From the NCBI GenBank assembly GCA_013265495.1, contig MU057989.1, positions 1,319,513 through 1,383,512 on the forward strand: a stretch of 64,000 nucleotides of DNA, written 5' to 3'. Origin of the DNA: Vicugna vicugna. Taxonomy: Eukaryota. Below are positions 22,870 to 36,420 of this stretch, piece after piece. A model generated the notes under the pieces. That model made no database searches. It saw only the letters and a list, made by a program, of their open reading frames with translations, and was not told the origin of the DNA. Position numbers and translations under genes: made by a program. Positions within the stretch are counted from its first letter, which is position 1. The number at the start of each line of letters is the position of its first letter.

Positions 22870-22955
22870 TGAAAAATAAACTTTACGTAACACAAGAAAG
22901 GATCACTGTGACCGTGTCTCCCGTCCCCCCAGACAGGGTGGAGAGGTGGGCAGAG

Positions 22956-23156
<201 letters not shown>

Positions 23157-24110
23157 TTAGGGTCGGTCGGCATCTCCAGCCCCCTGACCCCACTGTCAGC
23201 ACCTCAGTTCCTACCCTGGTCCTTACTAAGTTCATCAGAAAACCGTTCTACTGAAAAGATGAAAGTTTGAAAACCACTGTTCTAGGGCAATTTAAATCCT
23301 GTTCTTCCACAATCATGAGATGAAAACTTCTCAGTCCCTTCCAAATCAGGACTCTGCTTACATCACTTTCTTCCTCAAAAACCAAACCTGTTTCTCTTTC
23401 CCGACCAGACTGAATCTGAACTCAGGTCCTCAAATCCTCCATGACTGCCTCAGGGTATATTTGTTTAGATAGTCATACACCACTGTGTTCATTGTGCTAG
23501 GAAAGTGTTTACATCAATTATTCCATTCAACTCCCACAAGAAACAGGAGGGGGAAACTCTTAATACACCCACTTTATGGGTGAGGAAACTGAGGCAGAGA
23601 GGGGTCAGGGGCCGGGCCCCCAGTCTGGAGTCTGACTCGCCCGAAACATGTCCTGCCGTGGTCTCTCCCCATCATTGCTCTGCTTGGGTCTAGGGGCTCT
23701 ACAGGTGGTTTTTATCTTTTAATGACTCAGTAGCCCAGATTTTCTTTAGTGAAAAAGCAAGAAACAAGGCACCTGGGGGTCTGGACAGGAACTTAGCATC
23801 AGGGGAGAGGAGAGGACTGTGGGCCTCCTGCCCACCTAATCAGGCCAAATAGGAAGGGAGACAGGGTGGGGCCTACTCTGGCCTCCTTCTCCTTCCCCAG
23901 AGGAGCCTAGGATGCTCTGAGTTGTCCCTCCTTGCCTTGCCCCCCACTGTCCCCTTTTCCTGGAAACCTTCCTTGTGACTTAGTCAAATAGTGATGCCAG
24001 AAATTTCACTTGGTGGCCACACTTGGCTCCCAAGAACAGCACGACATAAACGTTTACGGTGATGAATTTGGATTTCCATTGCTCAGAGTGCTGGGGCCAC
24101 CCCTTCCCTA

Positions 24111-24512
<402 letters not shown>

Positions 24513-25552
24513 TCAAACCCTCGGAGCCTGGCTGCTTCTTTCCCGGCATGGGGAGAACCCCGGACCTGCCACTCCTCTCAGGGCTGAGATGGGAACAAGG
24601 GGAAGGAGAGGAAGGGGCTCTGAAAGGCTCACAGGAGAAAGGGCATTCTGTCAAATCCCAAATTCCTGACGTGGACACCTGTGGGGGGTGTCCAAACACC
24701 AGCTCTACCAACAGGAAGGCCTGGTTAGCCGAGGCCAGGGCCTCGCCCGGAGCCACGGTGCTCAGTCATGTTAAATTAACGAGTGACTCCACCTGCCAAG
24801 CTGTGGTTTGGGTGGAGAGTCAGGGCAGGGTCTAGGTGTGACACCTGGAGGCCTCAGGTCCTGCCCTATAAAACTTCCTCACCTACTAAAAGGGCCACTG
24901 CGGCTGCCTGTTCAGATGACCCAGGGAGTCTGTGAGGATGGAGCTCCAACTCAGAGACAGGACACAGGTGATCTCTGACTACAGCTTTGCAAACTGTAAA
25001 GGGCGGTGCCATTGTGCCAACAATGGGACCAGGCTCTGCTCACTGGTGGGCAGGACCCAAGTGAGGGTGAGTGGAGTTCACACACAGGTAAGGGGCCGGG
25101 AGGGCACTGACTCCTCCCACCCTGCCTGCTGAGCTTCCTGTGCTAACCCCCTGATCTGCCGGCAGGACGTAGGTTGTACACGGCTCCCTCCAAGCCAGGG
25201 GCCCAACACATCCAGCCATTTACAGATACGCAAATAGGTATCAAGAAGAAAGTGCTTTCCTACTTTGGGAAATCTACAGCTGGACCTTACCTTCCAAACC
25301 CTCCCCTTAGTTTTGAAGGAGAAGCAACAACGACCACACTCATCTCCATAAAGCTCTGCAACAAAGCATCGCGTCACCACTCTTGGTAGACTGTCCCACG
25401 GCCCCTGCGGAAGTCTGTGCTGTGCCCACGTCACACAACAGGAAGCAGAGGCCCACAAGCCTCCCTGCCTGGCTCACAGTCGCAGCCTCGTGTGAGAGCC
25501 AGGGCTTGGACCCAGAACCCATCTGAGCGCAAGCCCACTTTCTGCACCATCA

Positions 25553-25999
<447 letters not shown>

Positions 26000-26354
26000 T
26001 CACACAGCACCGCGGGATTACAAGCCTCCCACCACCCGTACAAACTTAGCGCCACTTCTCTAGATCATCTGGGTTATACCGTCCGATGTGCGTGACCGTG
26101 GCCCACCCCTGTGCCATCTGTGAGGGTGCACACAGAGGCTTCCACCTCTGCCTGCTCTCAGGGAGCATCAGTCCACGTGCTAAGCTGTCTTCTTTGGAGA
26201 GCTTCCCTGGAAAGTGCTGTGGCTCAGCACACAACACGTACCACTCGGTTCCAGACTGGCCCTGCAGCACATTAGCGCTGCGACCCAGGACAAGTGATCT
26301 AATCGCTCTGGCCTCGTCAGTTAAACAGGGACAGCAACACTACCTGCTGCACCA

Positions 26355-26965
26355 GGCTGTGCTGGATAGTGGCCTCCAGAAAGGTATGTCCATGTCCTAA
26401 CCCCCAGACCCTGTGAATGTCACATCATTTGGGAAAAGGGCTCTGCAGATATTTTTAAAGTAAGGAAATTGAGATCACTGTGGATTTCCTTGGTGGGCCC
26501 TCAACCCAGTGATGAGTGTCTTTAACAAGAGACAGACGAGGAGAAGGCCACGTGAAGACAGAGGCAGAGACCGGAGTGACGTGGCTGCAGAGAGCCGGCA
26601 GCCTCTAGAAGCTAGAAGAGGCAAGGAGTGGAACTTCCCTTGGAGCCTCCTGAGGGAGCAGGGCCCTGCCAACACCTTGATGTTATACTTCTGCCTCCCA
26701 GAACTAGGAGAGAATTGACTCCTGTTGTCTTTTTTCCTTAACTTTATTTTTATTGAAGTCTAGTCAGTTTACAATGCTGTGTCAATTTCTGGTGTATAGC
26801 ACAATGCTTCAGTCATACGTGAACACACATATATTCACTTTCATGTATTTTTTCACCATAAGTTACTAAAAGATATTGAATATAGTTCCCTGTGCTATAC
26901 AGCATGAACTTGTTGTTGACCCCTGTTGTCTTAAACCACCTGGCTTGTGGTCATTTTTTATGGCA
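26355..26965 (+). mobile_element. MaLR LTR (MLT1-like) interrupted by an L1 fragment
   Basis: GTGAAGACAGAGGCAGAGA..CTAGAAGCTAGAAGAGGCAAGG..GGCCCTGCCAACACCTTGAT..CCAGAACT hallmark MLT1 motifs. Confidence 0.8.
26732..26915 (-). mobile_element. 5'-truncated L1 3' end inserted in the MLT1 LTR
   Basis: T-rich tail at left; 17-bp TSD TTGACYCCTGTTGTCTT at 26715-26731 and 26916-26932. Confidence 0.85.
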
Positions 26966-27626
26966 CAGGCGGTCAGGCAAAGATCTGTGACAACCAGAAA
27001 AGCTGTCTCTGTCCACTCTCTGGAATGGGCCTCCATGTGAGCCAGCAATCAAAGAAACAGTCAAGGCTGAAAACAAATTTGGAGACCAGTGCTCCAGTCC
27101 AATCTCCCTTTAAATTGTACATGGGAGGAAAAGACTGACCAGTGCAGGGAGGTCACAAGTCCACAGCCATGGTGGTGGGTAGCTGTGGACGAGGCAGGAC
27201 TGAATGCTGACTGCCATGGTTCTCAGCCTGTGCCTTTCCTCTGCCACCAGTCACACTTCCCACACACACCCAAGTGCCTTCTACGTCACAGGCACACTGC
27301 AAGTGTCTTCACTTTCAGCGAGATTTTAAAAAGATGGCCATGTCCCCAAAATAGTCACAACCTTCCCCCTCTGCCACCTGGGCTCAATAACTAGCCAACC
27401 AGAGAGATTCTGAGTGGAAAACAGAAGATAAACATACAACATGTGAAAGGGGGCAAGGGGGACTATCTGGAATGATAGAAATGTATTATATTTTGATTAG
27501 AATGGCAGTGATGTAGGTATATCTATTTTTAAATCTCATCAAAGCATGCAATTAAAATGTTTGCATTTTAAGAAATAATTATGAGTCAATAGAGTTTTTC
27601 AGAAAGTGTAAAAAGTCACTGGATGA

Positions 27627-27839
27627 CATAAAGCAGATTATGGCTGCCTGGGGCTAGGGAAAAGGGAGAATGGGGAGTGGCTGCTACCAGGTATGGTGTT
27701 TCTTTTTGGGGTGATGAGATGTTCTGGAATTAGGTAGCGGGGATGGCTACACAACTTTGTGACTATGTTAAAAACTACAGAATTGTACATTTTAGAAGAG
27801 TGAACAGTATGGTATATGAATGATATCTGAAAAAAAAAT
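27627..27839 (+). mobile_element. Short L1M 3' end with A tail and TSD
   Basis: TSD GTCACTGGATGA at 27615-27626 and 27840-27851; typical L1MA/MB terminus. Confidence 0.8.
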
Positions 27840-27957
27840 GTCACTGGATGAGGAAGCAGCCATCTCCTGCCCTCAAAAGTCTAGGAGGGTTGCACAGAAG
27901 AGGAGGGGAAAGGCTTGCAGTAGTAAGTGGTCACAGGCAGGGGTCAGCCCCTCTCTA

Positions 27958-28311
<354 letters not shown>

Positions 28312-28459
28312 TCAGAAAGACTGGCAGGGTCAGAGCGGCCCAGGAGGCCTGCCAAGGGTGAAGCCCCTATAGGGAACGCTCCACTGCAGCAAGACACCCA
28401 CCCTGTCTGCCTGTGACCCCCACTGCCTGCCTTACCCCAGCTTTTATATACTTACTCAT

Positions 28460-29325
28460 TTAGATTGAAGAATAGTTGACTTACAATGTGTTAGTCTCTG
28501 ATGTACAGCATACTGGCTCAGTTATACATACATACATATACATTCTTTTTCCATATTCTTTTTCATTATAGATTACTACAAGATATTGAATATAGTTCCC
28601 CGTGCTATAGAGTAGGACCTCATTGTATATCTATTTTATACTTAGTAGTTTGTGTCTGTTAATCCCAAACTCCTAATTTATCCCTCCCCCTCCTTTCCCC
28701 CCTGGTAACCGTAAGTTTGTTTTCTATGTCTGTGAGTTTCTGTTTTGTAAATAAGTTCATTTGTGTCATTTTTTTTCAGATTCTACACATAAGTGATAAC
28801 ATATGGTATCTGTCTTTCTCTTTCTGGCTTACTTCACTTAATATGATGATCTCTAGGTCCATCCATGTTGCTGCAAATGGCATTATTTTACTCCTTTTTA
28901 TGGCTGAGTAGTATTCCATTGCATACATATACCACAGCTCTTTATCCATTCATTTGTCAATGGGCATTTAGGTTGCTTCCATGTCTTTACACCATCTTTT
29001 AATAACAGCTTCACTGAGATAGAATTCACTTGCTGTAATATTCACCCTTTTAAATTGACTTTTAGTATATTCAGAGTGTGCAACCATCACTGCAGTCAAT
29101 TTTAGAACATTTTCATTGCCCCCCAAAGAAAACCCATACCCATTAGCAGTCACTCCCCATTCTCCCCTCCTCCTCACCCCTGGCAACCACTAATTTACTC
29201 TCTGTCTCTATGGCTTTGCCTGTTCTGGACATGTCATATACATGGAATCATACAACATGTGGTGTTTTACCTCTGGCTTCTTTCCTTAGAAACATGTTTT
29301 CAAGGTTCATGTTTTAGCAGACATC
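28460..29325 (-). mobile_element. Lineage-specific L1 3' end followed by an older L1M fragment
   Basis: Same L1 family as 19618-20052 up to ~28990, then L1MB-like sequence. Confidence 0.8.
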
Positions 29326-29722
29326 ACACTTACACCTTTCATAAAAATTTTAAAATGTATTATGAAATATTCAGCACATACAAAAAAGGTTACCAATACT
29401 CAAGAGCCCATCGCATAGCATAAGAAATAAAATATCTCCTACACCTAAAAAAAAAGACTGAGAAAATTATAAAAATTAAAATCATTGAAAGGAAGAAAAT
29501 AAATATCATCCATAAATATATGTATAAGAACATTATACATATACCTGCTGCAACATTATTATCAATACTGGAAATTTATAGAAAACCTAGATGTCCTTTG
29601 GTAAGAATCTGGTTAAATAAGTGATGAATCAATACAAAAGTAATTAAAAAGAATATGGCAGATCTGTATGTATGACCTAAGACAAGTGACCACAGTGTGT
29701 CCTAGACTGGAAAAGGCAAACT

Positions 29723-29863
29723 CAGGGGGAGGGTATAGCTCAGTGGTAGAGTACATGCTTAGCATGTACGAGGTCATGGGTTCAATCCCCAGTACCTCCA
29801 TTAAAATAAATAAATAAATAAACCTAATTATCTCCTTCCCCGCCAAAAACCCCAAAACAAAAC
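29723..29863 (+). mobile_element. tRNA-Ala-derived SINE (vic-1-like), full length
   Basis: A box TAGCTCAGTGG, B box GGTTCAATCC, (TAAA)n, CCTAATTA motif, A tail; 12-bp TSD AAAAGGCAAACT at 29711-29722 and 29864-29875. Confidence 0.92.
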
Positions 29864-29889
29864 AAAAGGCAAACTGCAGAACTACAACT

Positions 29890-30518
29890 ACCCTTATACA
29901 GTAGTGGCAGGAATGTAAAATGGGACAGTCACTTTGAAAAACTGTCTGGCAGTTCCTCAAAATGCTAAATACAGTTACCAAATGATCCAGCAATTCCAAT
30001 CCTAAGTACAGTTGCAAGAAAATTAAAAACATATGTCCACACAACTAGTATATGAAAGTTCACAGCATTATTCACGATGGCCAAGATATGGGGACAAAAC
30101 ATAAAGGGCAAAATATCTATCAATGAATAAAATGCAAGGTGGTCCATCCATACAATAGAATATTATTCAGCCACGAAAAGGAAGGAAGCACTGGTACATG
30201 CTACAACATGGATTAGAAAACATGATACTCAGTGAAAGTCAAACACAAAAGGCCACATATTGTATGATTTCATTTATATGAAATGTTCAGAATGGGCAAA
30301 TCTGATGACAGAAATTTGGTGGCTACCAGAGGCTGGGGAAAGTTGGAGGAAATGGGGAGTGATTGCTGGTGGGTACAGGGTTTCTTTTGGGGGTGATGAA
30401 ATGTTCTAAAACTGTGGTGATGGCCACAGAGCTCTGTGAATATACTTAAAAGCAGTGAATTGCATACTTTAAATGGGTGAATTGTGTGGTATGATTTTTA
30501 TCTCAATAAAGCTGTTAT
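29890..30518 (+). mobile_element. L1M (L1MB-like) 3' end
   Basis: CCAGCAATTCCA..CCATACAATAGAATATTATTCAGCCA..TATCTCAATAAAGCTGTT terminus. Confidence 0.8.
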
Positions 30519-30956
30519 ATATTTTACAAAATATATAGGAAAGAAAAAAAGTGGGGGCAAAATAAAACACTACCATTTAAAAAATAGTATCTATATATCT
30601 AATCTGTCTGGTAGAATACTCAAGAAACTTGGTAACAGTAATGGATGGGGTTTCAGGGACAGAGGTGGGAGGAAGATTTAATTGTGTTATTAGGTGCTGT
30701 CACTAGTTATTCAAAGTTAAGTAATTAATTTCAAAACAAAAATTTAAAGGGGATCAGCGTTCAGGTCCTCTCCCACGGCCCCACCCTGGGTCAGGGGTCC
30801 TAGCTATCTCTCACCCCTTCCTCCAGGACCCCTGGACGTCTCCTGGCGCTGGGGGGTCGGGCGCCCTGGCTCTGCGGGGCTAGACCGGCCGGACCCCTCG
30901 GCTGGGCTTCATGACGGGTCCAGGGCCCTGGGGGCTCCGCTTGGGGTTTCTCTTAC

Positions 30957-30996
30957 CTGTGGCTCCAAACACGACCACCAATTTCTTGTCCGCCAT
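30957..30996 (-). CDS. NMRAL1: NMRAL1 first coding exon (exon likely starts at 31030 with 34 nt of 5' UTR)
   Basis: ATG GCG GAC AAG...: MADKKLVVVFGAT(G); GATGAQG (GxxGxxG) nucleotide-binding motif spans the junction; donor G|GTAAGA; acceptor ccccag| at 31031. Confidence 0.95.
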
Positions 30997-31479
30997 GTGA
31001 GCAGGGGCTGAAAATGCGGTCCCGAGAGGTCTGGGGGCCGTGGGAGGCGAGGAGTTGGCGAAGGGGCTGGGGGTTACCGCCTGAACGATCCCGTGCGCGC
31101 CGCGAAGGACCAAGGGGGCGGTCCTGCCGGGAGAGGTCGGGACCCTGGGACCCCCGTCCCCAAGGGCCCGATACCCCCTCCCAGCTCGACCCTGGGACCC
31201 CACCTCCCTCCCGAGTACCCCGGCCCCGCTGTACCTCCTTGACACAGCCTAGATGGGAAACAGCCAGGGAGACGAGGACCCCGGGTTTTGCAGCCGAGTC
31301 CACCGCGGAGGGGAGGATGGACGTCTTCGAGCGGCGGGAACCCCTGCCCGCAGCTCCAGACGCACTCTGCCAAAGCCACCCCTTCCCCGACAGCCTGTAT
31401 AAAGGGACCCCAGGCTGCACTGCTTCCGAATCCCCATCATCCAGACTCCGACTCTGCGCGGAGCTGAACTGTCACCCAC

Positions 31480-31560
31480 CTCCGCGGGCACAGATGGTTC
31501 GTCCTGGTTCCTGCTGCGCTGGGAGGCCGTTCAGGACGCGCCCGACCCAGACCTTCGTAA
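31480..31560 (-). other. NMRAL1: Probable non-coding first exon of NMRAL1 (5' end uncertain)
   Basis: Minus-strand donor GAG|GTGGGT at 31480/31479 inside the CpG island, upstream of the 31030 acceptor. Confidence 0.5.
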
Positions 31561-32199
31561 ACCGGAGTTGCATAAATCGGGGCTGACCGAAATGTTGGCG
31601 CAGAGGGCTGCTTAGCTGAATGCTGGGGGTGATGACTGCGTGAAGCTAAATAATTAAGTAGGTAGGTAGGTAGATAAAATTTTTGTTATCTTGCACGAAC
31701 ATCTTTGAAATATGGGGCATCATCCAAAGATAAGTAAATCTGTATCCGTGAGTCTTAACATCTGAAGCACTGAGTTCTTACATACCTGACTCATGTTTGA
31801 GGTCGCTACTACTTGCACGGATTTGAATTCTTTCTAACAGAAAAGACAGTTCTTTGTGTTCAACTAAAACTCAGAAATGACGCTCTCACTCCTCTTCTGA
31901 AAATGTACTGCTGAGAGGATTGGAGCATTCGGGTTTTTTTCCTTCCTTCTTTCGTTCCCAAATGTGTACCGACCCCTCCCGGAATGTCAACTTCGTGACA
32001 GTCGGCACTTGTCTGTGTTCACTGATGAATTTCCAGCACCTAAAATAGCACCTGGCACAAACTAGGGACTCGATAAATATTTGCTGATTGACTGGTTGTC
32101 TAAATATCTACTAGGCACTGGAGTTACAAGGAAATCTAACTGAAACTGATGCTGTTTTCCCAAATCTAGTAGTGGCGATAACCCACAAGGTAATACGTA

Positions 32200-32355
32200 T
32201 TTTTTTTTAATTATTGAAGTATAGTCAGTTTACAATGTTGTGTCAATTTCTGGTGTACGGCATGTTTCATTCATACATATATTCATTTTCATATTGTTTT
32301 TCGAGTTACTAAGAAGGTATTTCTTCGGTATGCTATACGGAAGAAACTTGCTGAT
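32200..32355 (-). mobile_element. Short lineage-specific L1 3' end
   Basis: Poly-T then ATTGAAGTATAGTCAGTTTACAATGTTGTGTCAATTTCTGGTGTA, similar to the 26732 copy. Confidence 0.8.
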
Positions 32356-32443
32356 CTTAATGTGTATTTTATGTATGTAAAATATTGGTCTTTATGTATT
32401 ATGCATATATTTATTTTAATAAATACACAATTTACTTGTGTTT

Positions 32444-32596
32444 TTTGTTTGTTTTGGGGGAGTTAGTTAACTTTATTTATTTTATTTATTTATTTTTAAT
32501 TGAGGTACTAAGGATTGAACCCAGGACCTCGTGCTTGCTAAGTATGTGCTCTACCACTGAGCTGTACTCTACTACTGAGCTATATCCTCCCCACTG
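32444..32596 (-). mobile_element. tRNA-Ala-derived SINE (vic-1-like) with internal 18-bp duplication
   Basis: Family core; TSD TTTACTTGTGTTT at 32431-32443 and 32597-32609. Confidence 0.88.
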
Positions 32597-32974
32597 TTTA
32601 CTTGTGTTTATATTTATAAATGAAGGTATCATCTAAATAGAGTGTTAATCTTGCATAAATCTCGTATAGTCTCCTCCACACCCTGTTATGTTATACCTCT
32701 GAGCTCAAGCTCAGAGTTTGCTGGAAACTCTGCCTATTTGCCTGAAATACCTTCCTCCCACCACCTCAGATGGGGCTAACTCCTACTCATTCTTTAACAC
32801 TCCACATAACCATCACTTCCTCCAGGAAGCCCTCTCTGATTCCTAGGCTAGGCTAACTATTTCACTTCCACCTTTATTCCACTGGCAAAATTGTCTCTAC
32901 CATATTAGATGGAGGGCTTCCTGAGTGCTGACCCCATGTCTTTTTTGTCTCTGTCTCACTCCTTCCTGGCACAA

Positions 32975-33450
32975 CTGTTGGGGGACACTTGGCTGGGTGG
33001 TTGACATGGGTTGGTAAGAAGAATTTACCAGAAAGGAAGATGTTTAAGAACAAAGGAAAGTTTAATACATGTGCTGCTACACGCAACAGTGGGCCACACA
33101 GGCAAGAGATCCCTGCGTGTCCCCGAGTGTGAACATGCAGGGTCTTTTATCGGGGAAGGGGCTGTGAACACAAAGGAATAGAACAGCCTTCTGATTGACT
33201 ATATGTGAGGTAAGGGGCTTTGGTGTATGAGAGGATAGTGGATTCATGACTCCAATAAGGAGGAAGGTGGGCTGAGACAATTGACCTGAGCTACAATGAG
33301 GCTAGTCATTTCCCAGGGCCTGTTGATTTTGCTAAGGCAAACACATTAGGAAAGGGTGTACTTTGGTTTTTTTTCAGGGATTGCAGGCAGACATCCAAGA
33401 GCCCACGAGTGGGGGTTCGTAGGGCCTCTGCAGGCACCAGGTGGTACTGC
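32975..33450 (-). mobile_element. Probable ERV solo LTR inserted in an L2 remnant
   Basis: Starts TGTTGGGGG; minus-strand ATTAAA (~33061) and TATA-like (~33146) spaced as in an LTR; L2-like sequence on both sides; boundaries approximate. Confidence 0.5.
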
Positions 33451-33623
33451 AACGATGTCCAGCGCTTAGTAAGAACTCAATAAATACTTACTAAATGGAA
33501 CCCAAGTGCATATTACTCTGATTAAAGATGAGGTTTTTCTTCAACTGCATGGGTTAAACCACAAAACTTGATATTCTGAGGTCTCCTCTTTAAGGAAACA
33601 ATTCCAAACAAGAAGATCCTCAG

Positions 33624-33780
33624 TGGGACCAGCTGCATAATTTGCAAGGCCCAGTGCAAAAAGAAAATGCAAGGCTCCTTATTTAAAAATTATCAAGAAT
33701 TTCAAGCCGGTGAAAGCAGAGCATTGAACCAAGCCCAAGGTCCTTCTGAGCATGGGACCCAGAATGACTGCTCGGTAACT
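33624..33780 (+). mobile_element. MER91-like hAT DNA transposon remnant
   Basis: CAGCTGCATAATTTGCAAGGCCCAGTGCAAAAAGAAAATGC motif. Confidence 0.55.
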
Positions 33781-34060
33781 GAGAGTAGCATCCCAGGGAC
33801 ACAATGGGACCCAAGCAACTCCAGTGCCCTTTGGCCTTGCTGAACCTGTAGCTTGCAAATCAGGCAGGCAAAGAATGGCAGGCAACTGCATAGCTGTCCA
33901 GGGCTTCTGGTCAGTGGTGCTGGTTCCAGGGAGCTGTCTTGAAGTGGGCAGACAGATGAGCAGCCTGGGGAAATGTCTTGTTTCTTGAAGCCCCAGCTAC
34001 CCAGTGATCCCCCAAAGCCTGAGGGAAGAGATATGGCTACTGACTGGCATATGTTCAGCC

Positions 34061-34071
34061 GTGACTCAGCA
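34061..34071 (+). promoter_or_regulatory. Candidate ARE / NF-E2-AP-1 site
   Basis: GTGACTCAGCA is an exact match to RTGASTCAGCA; motif only. Confidence 0.4.
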
Positions 34072-34561
34072 CTTTCTTTGGGACTTTATATCTGACAGAG
34101 GACTTCCTGCAAAGCACTTGCCAGTTCACTTAGCCCAGTGCCATGTACTAATGATAACAGTCAAACCCTTCTCTGGGCTCCGCCTACGTGTCAGGCACAG
34201 ACAGCCCCATATTATCTCATTTGAACCTTTGAGGCAACCCCTCCTTCAATCAGTGCCACTCCATTTAATTCAATTTTATGTGTGTGTATGTTTGGGGCAA
34301 AGGGTATACTGTGTGTACGTCCTGTTACCCTTTGCTTAAAATTCATACTTTTAAATTTGATTTTGATAGCCAAGTAATGCATAATACATTTATTTGTTCT
34401 CATTAAAAAATTTAAATGGTACAGATATAGCATAAGTGACCCTTGACATTCCTTTGTCATTCTACTGTGTAAACCATCCCTCTTTGGATGCATTTACAGG
34501 CTGAAACATGAACATGTAGAAAGATAACATTTTGTAGTAAAAAAAAATAAGTAAAAAGGAT

Positions 34562-36420
34562 TGTCAACTAATCAGTGGTCAATCTGAAAGGGAGCAGGGC
34601 CCTGTGGGCCACCCCTCCCCCAACCCCTGCCTCTTGTTTATAGAAAAGCTGAAGTCATCCAGGCCTCCCTAAGTCTTAGAAGAGCAGGTTCAAAGAGAGA
34701 TTCAAGCAGTGATTAGGACAAGTCTGCAGGTGTTAGGGGATGGCAACAACTCTGACCACCTACCTCAGTGATTAACTGAGATTACTCCTCCACTTCCCTT
34801 TAGAACTTCCATGGCTGAACAGAATCTTTGGAGATTTTTTTGGGGGGGGGGATGCTGGGTCTACCAGATTGCAGGCATTCTGGTTAAAAGCAACTTCCTT
34901 ATTGTTACCAAGGGCTGTTGCAAAGGCTGTTGCCCCCAGGATCATACCCCTGCACCTCCCTCGACTAGAGACCTTTTCCTCGTATGGAAGTCCCAGGAGG
35001 CAGCTGCAATGAGAAGAAACAGAAAGTGGTGACCAACAGGGTCCAAGATGGTGGAGGGTTTGACTTCCAGTGGACCTTGAGCCTCATTCCATTACACATT
35101 CATTGTAATGTATTAGCATGCTAAATGCCACACGCACAGTGCCATGACAATTGACGATTGTTATGACAACACCCGGAAAAGCCCACACAAGGACTGAAAA
35201 GCCTGAACACAGACTGACTGTCTCCCTCACACCCAGAAGGAGGACATGATGGCCAAAGCCTCTCATAAAAGGCTGGACACGTGGCCTGACCTGGGCAGGA
35301 GGTGTCTCTACTGGCCATCTTGCCTGATGTCTTCCTGCTTGAGTGCTTTTCTTTCCTTCTCACTGTTTGAGAACTTTCCTTCCTTTTCCTCTTTTAAGAA
35401 TAAAAGCAGTTTTCACTGTCCCTCTGCCTCAGCTGTGAATTCTTTCCAGCCAGCTGGTAAGGACCCACACTTTGGTGGGCTTCCTAATTTAGGGTCTCAC
35501 TATAGCTAACAAATCTAAGAAAGAAATGGAAAATTGTATTCGAGCCAACCTGAGCTCTGAGAATTTGTTCTGAAGAGGCGAGGGGGGAGGCCCGTATATA
35601 TGTGATTTTGACCAAGGGGTACATGCAATCAAGTACACATCTTGTTAGAAGGTTACTGCTATTTGCAAGGAATAGATATCTTAGTTAATGGTTTTAGTGC
35701 ATTTCTAAGTATGGAAAGATGCAAGAAAGCGAGTTCATAAAAATTTCTTCTGAAAATATCTATCTGGCCCTAGAGCACAAAGTGCCTCATTCTAATCTCT
35801 GCTCTGAACTCTTTTCAGGGAGTATTGCAGGTCAGCGACTTCAGTGGCTAGTGACATGATTCTTGTAGAACTGGATGGTGGGCAACAGTCTTTATTTCAT
35901 AATCTCTTTCCTTTTGGTCTTAATTTCCGCCAAGGTTTGGGAGGCATTTCATGACTGGTTTGTCCCATGGCTCTAGGAATGCTCATTCCCAGGTGAGGCA
36001 AAGATTTCGTTGACAGGCCTCTCACTGTGTTATTACTGGCTAGGTAGGACCTGTTAACAGTAGACAAAAGCCTCTGGACCACCTGTCTTACAGTCTGTCA
36101 TGGTCCAGGAAATGGTTTCCTCTTATTGCTTCTTCCCATATCTAGAATTACACTATTACAAGCATTGATCTTATAGAACTATGTATTAGGTTAGTCGTTT
36201 CAAGTCACTTAATCATCATTAATTCTATCTGAGGCTCAGTCGCGCATTTGGTGATGCAAGAAACAATAATGTAAAGTAGGCAGAATACAAGTCATATAAC
36301 TAGTGACATTAATAAAGTCATAAGTAAGTACTTAAGAACTTTCATTATGTGTGGCCCAGTATCTCCTCAAGCTATTTGTATTGTGTCCCCTTATTGGATT
36401 GAGAAAGGAATGTTATCACC
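34562..36420 (-). mobile_element. Older ERV LTR (34562 to ~35900, split by the insertion above) plus adjacent internal fragment
   Basis: Sequence reads continuously across the AATC TSD; purine-rich PPT-like tract on - at ~35903-35916; boundaries approximate. Confidence 0.5.
34585..35511 (+). mobile_element. ERV1-type LTR element (possibly two nested LTRs)
   Basis: TG...CA termini with 4-bp TSD AATC (34581-34584, 35512-35515); CCAAGATGG (YY1-like) ~35044, TATA-like CATAAAAG ~35264, AATAAA 35399-35404. Confidence 0.7.

Larger units (their letters stand above)
30830..31600. promoter_or_regulatory. CpG island / NMRAL1 promoter
   Basis: High GC and dense CpG around the NMRAL1 start, in otherwise CpG-depleted DNA. 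Confidence 0.85.

Noticed and set aside
29726..29800. tRNA-Ala-like sequence
   Set aside because: It is the head of a SINE with A tail and TSD, not a tRNA gene; same for the other eight copies.
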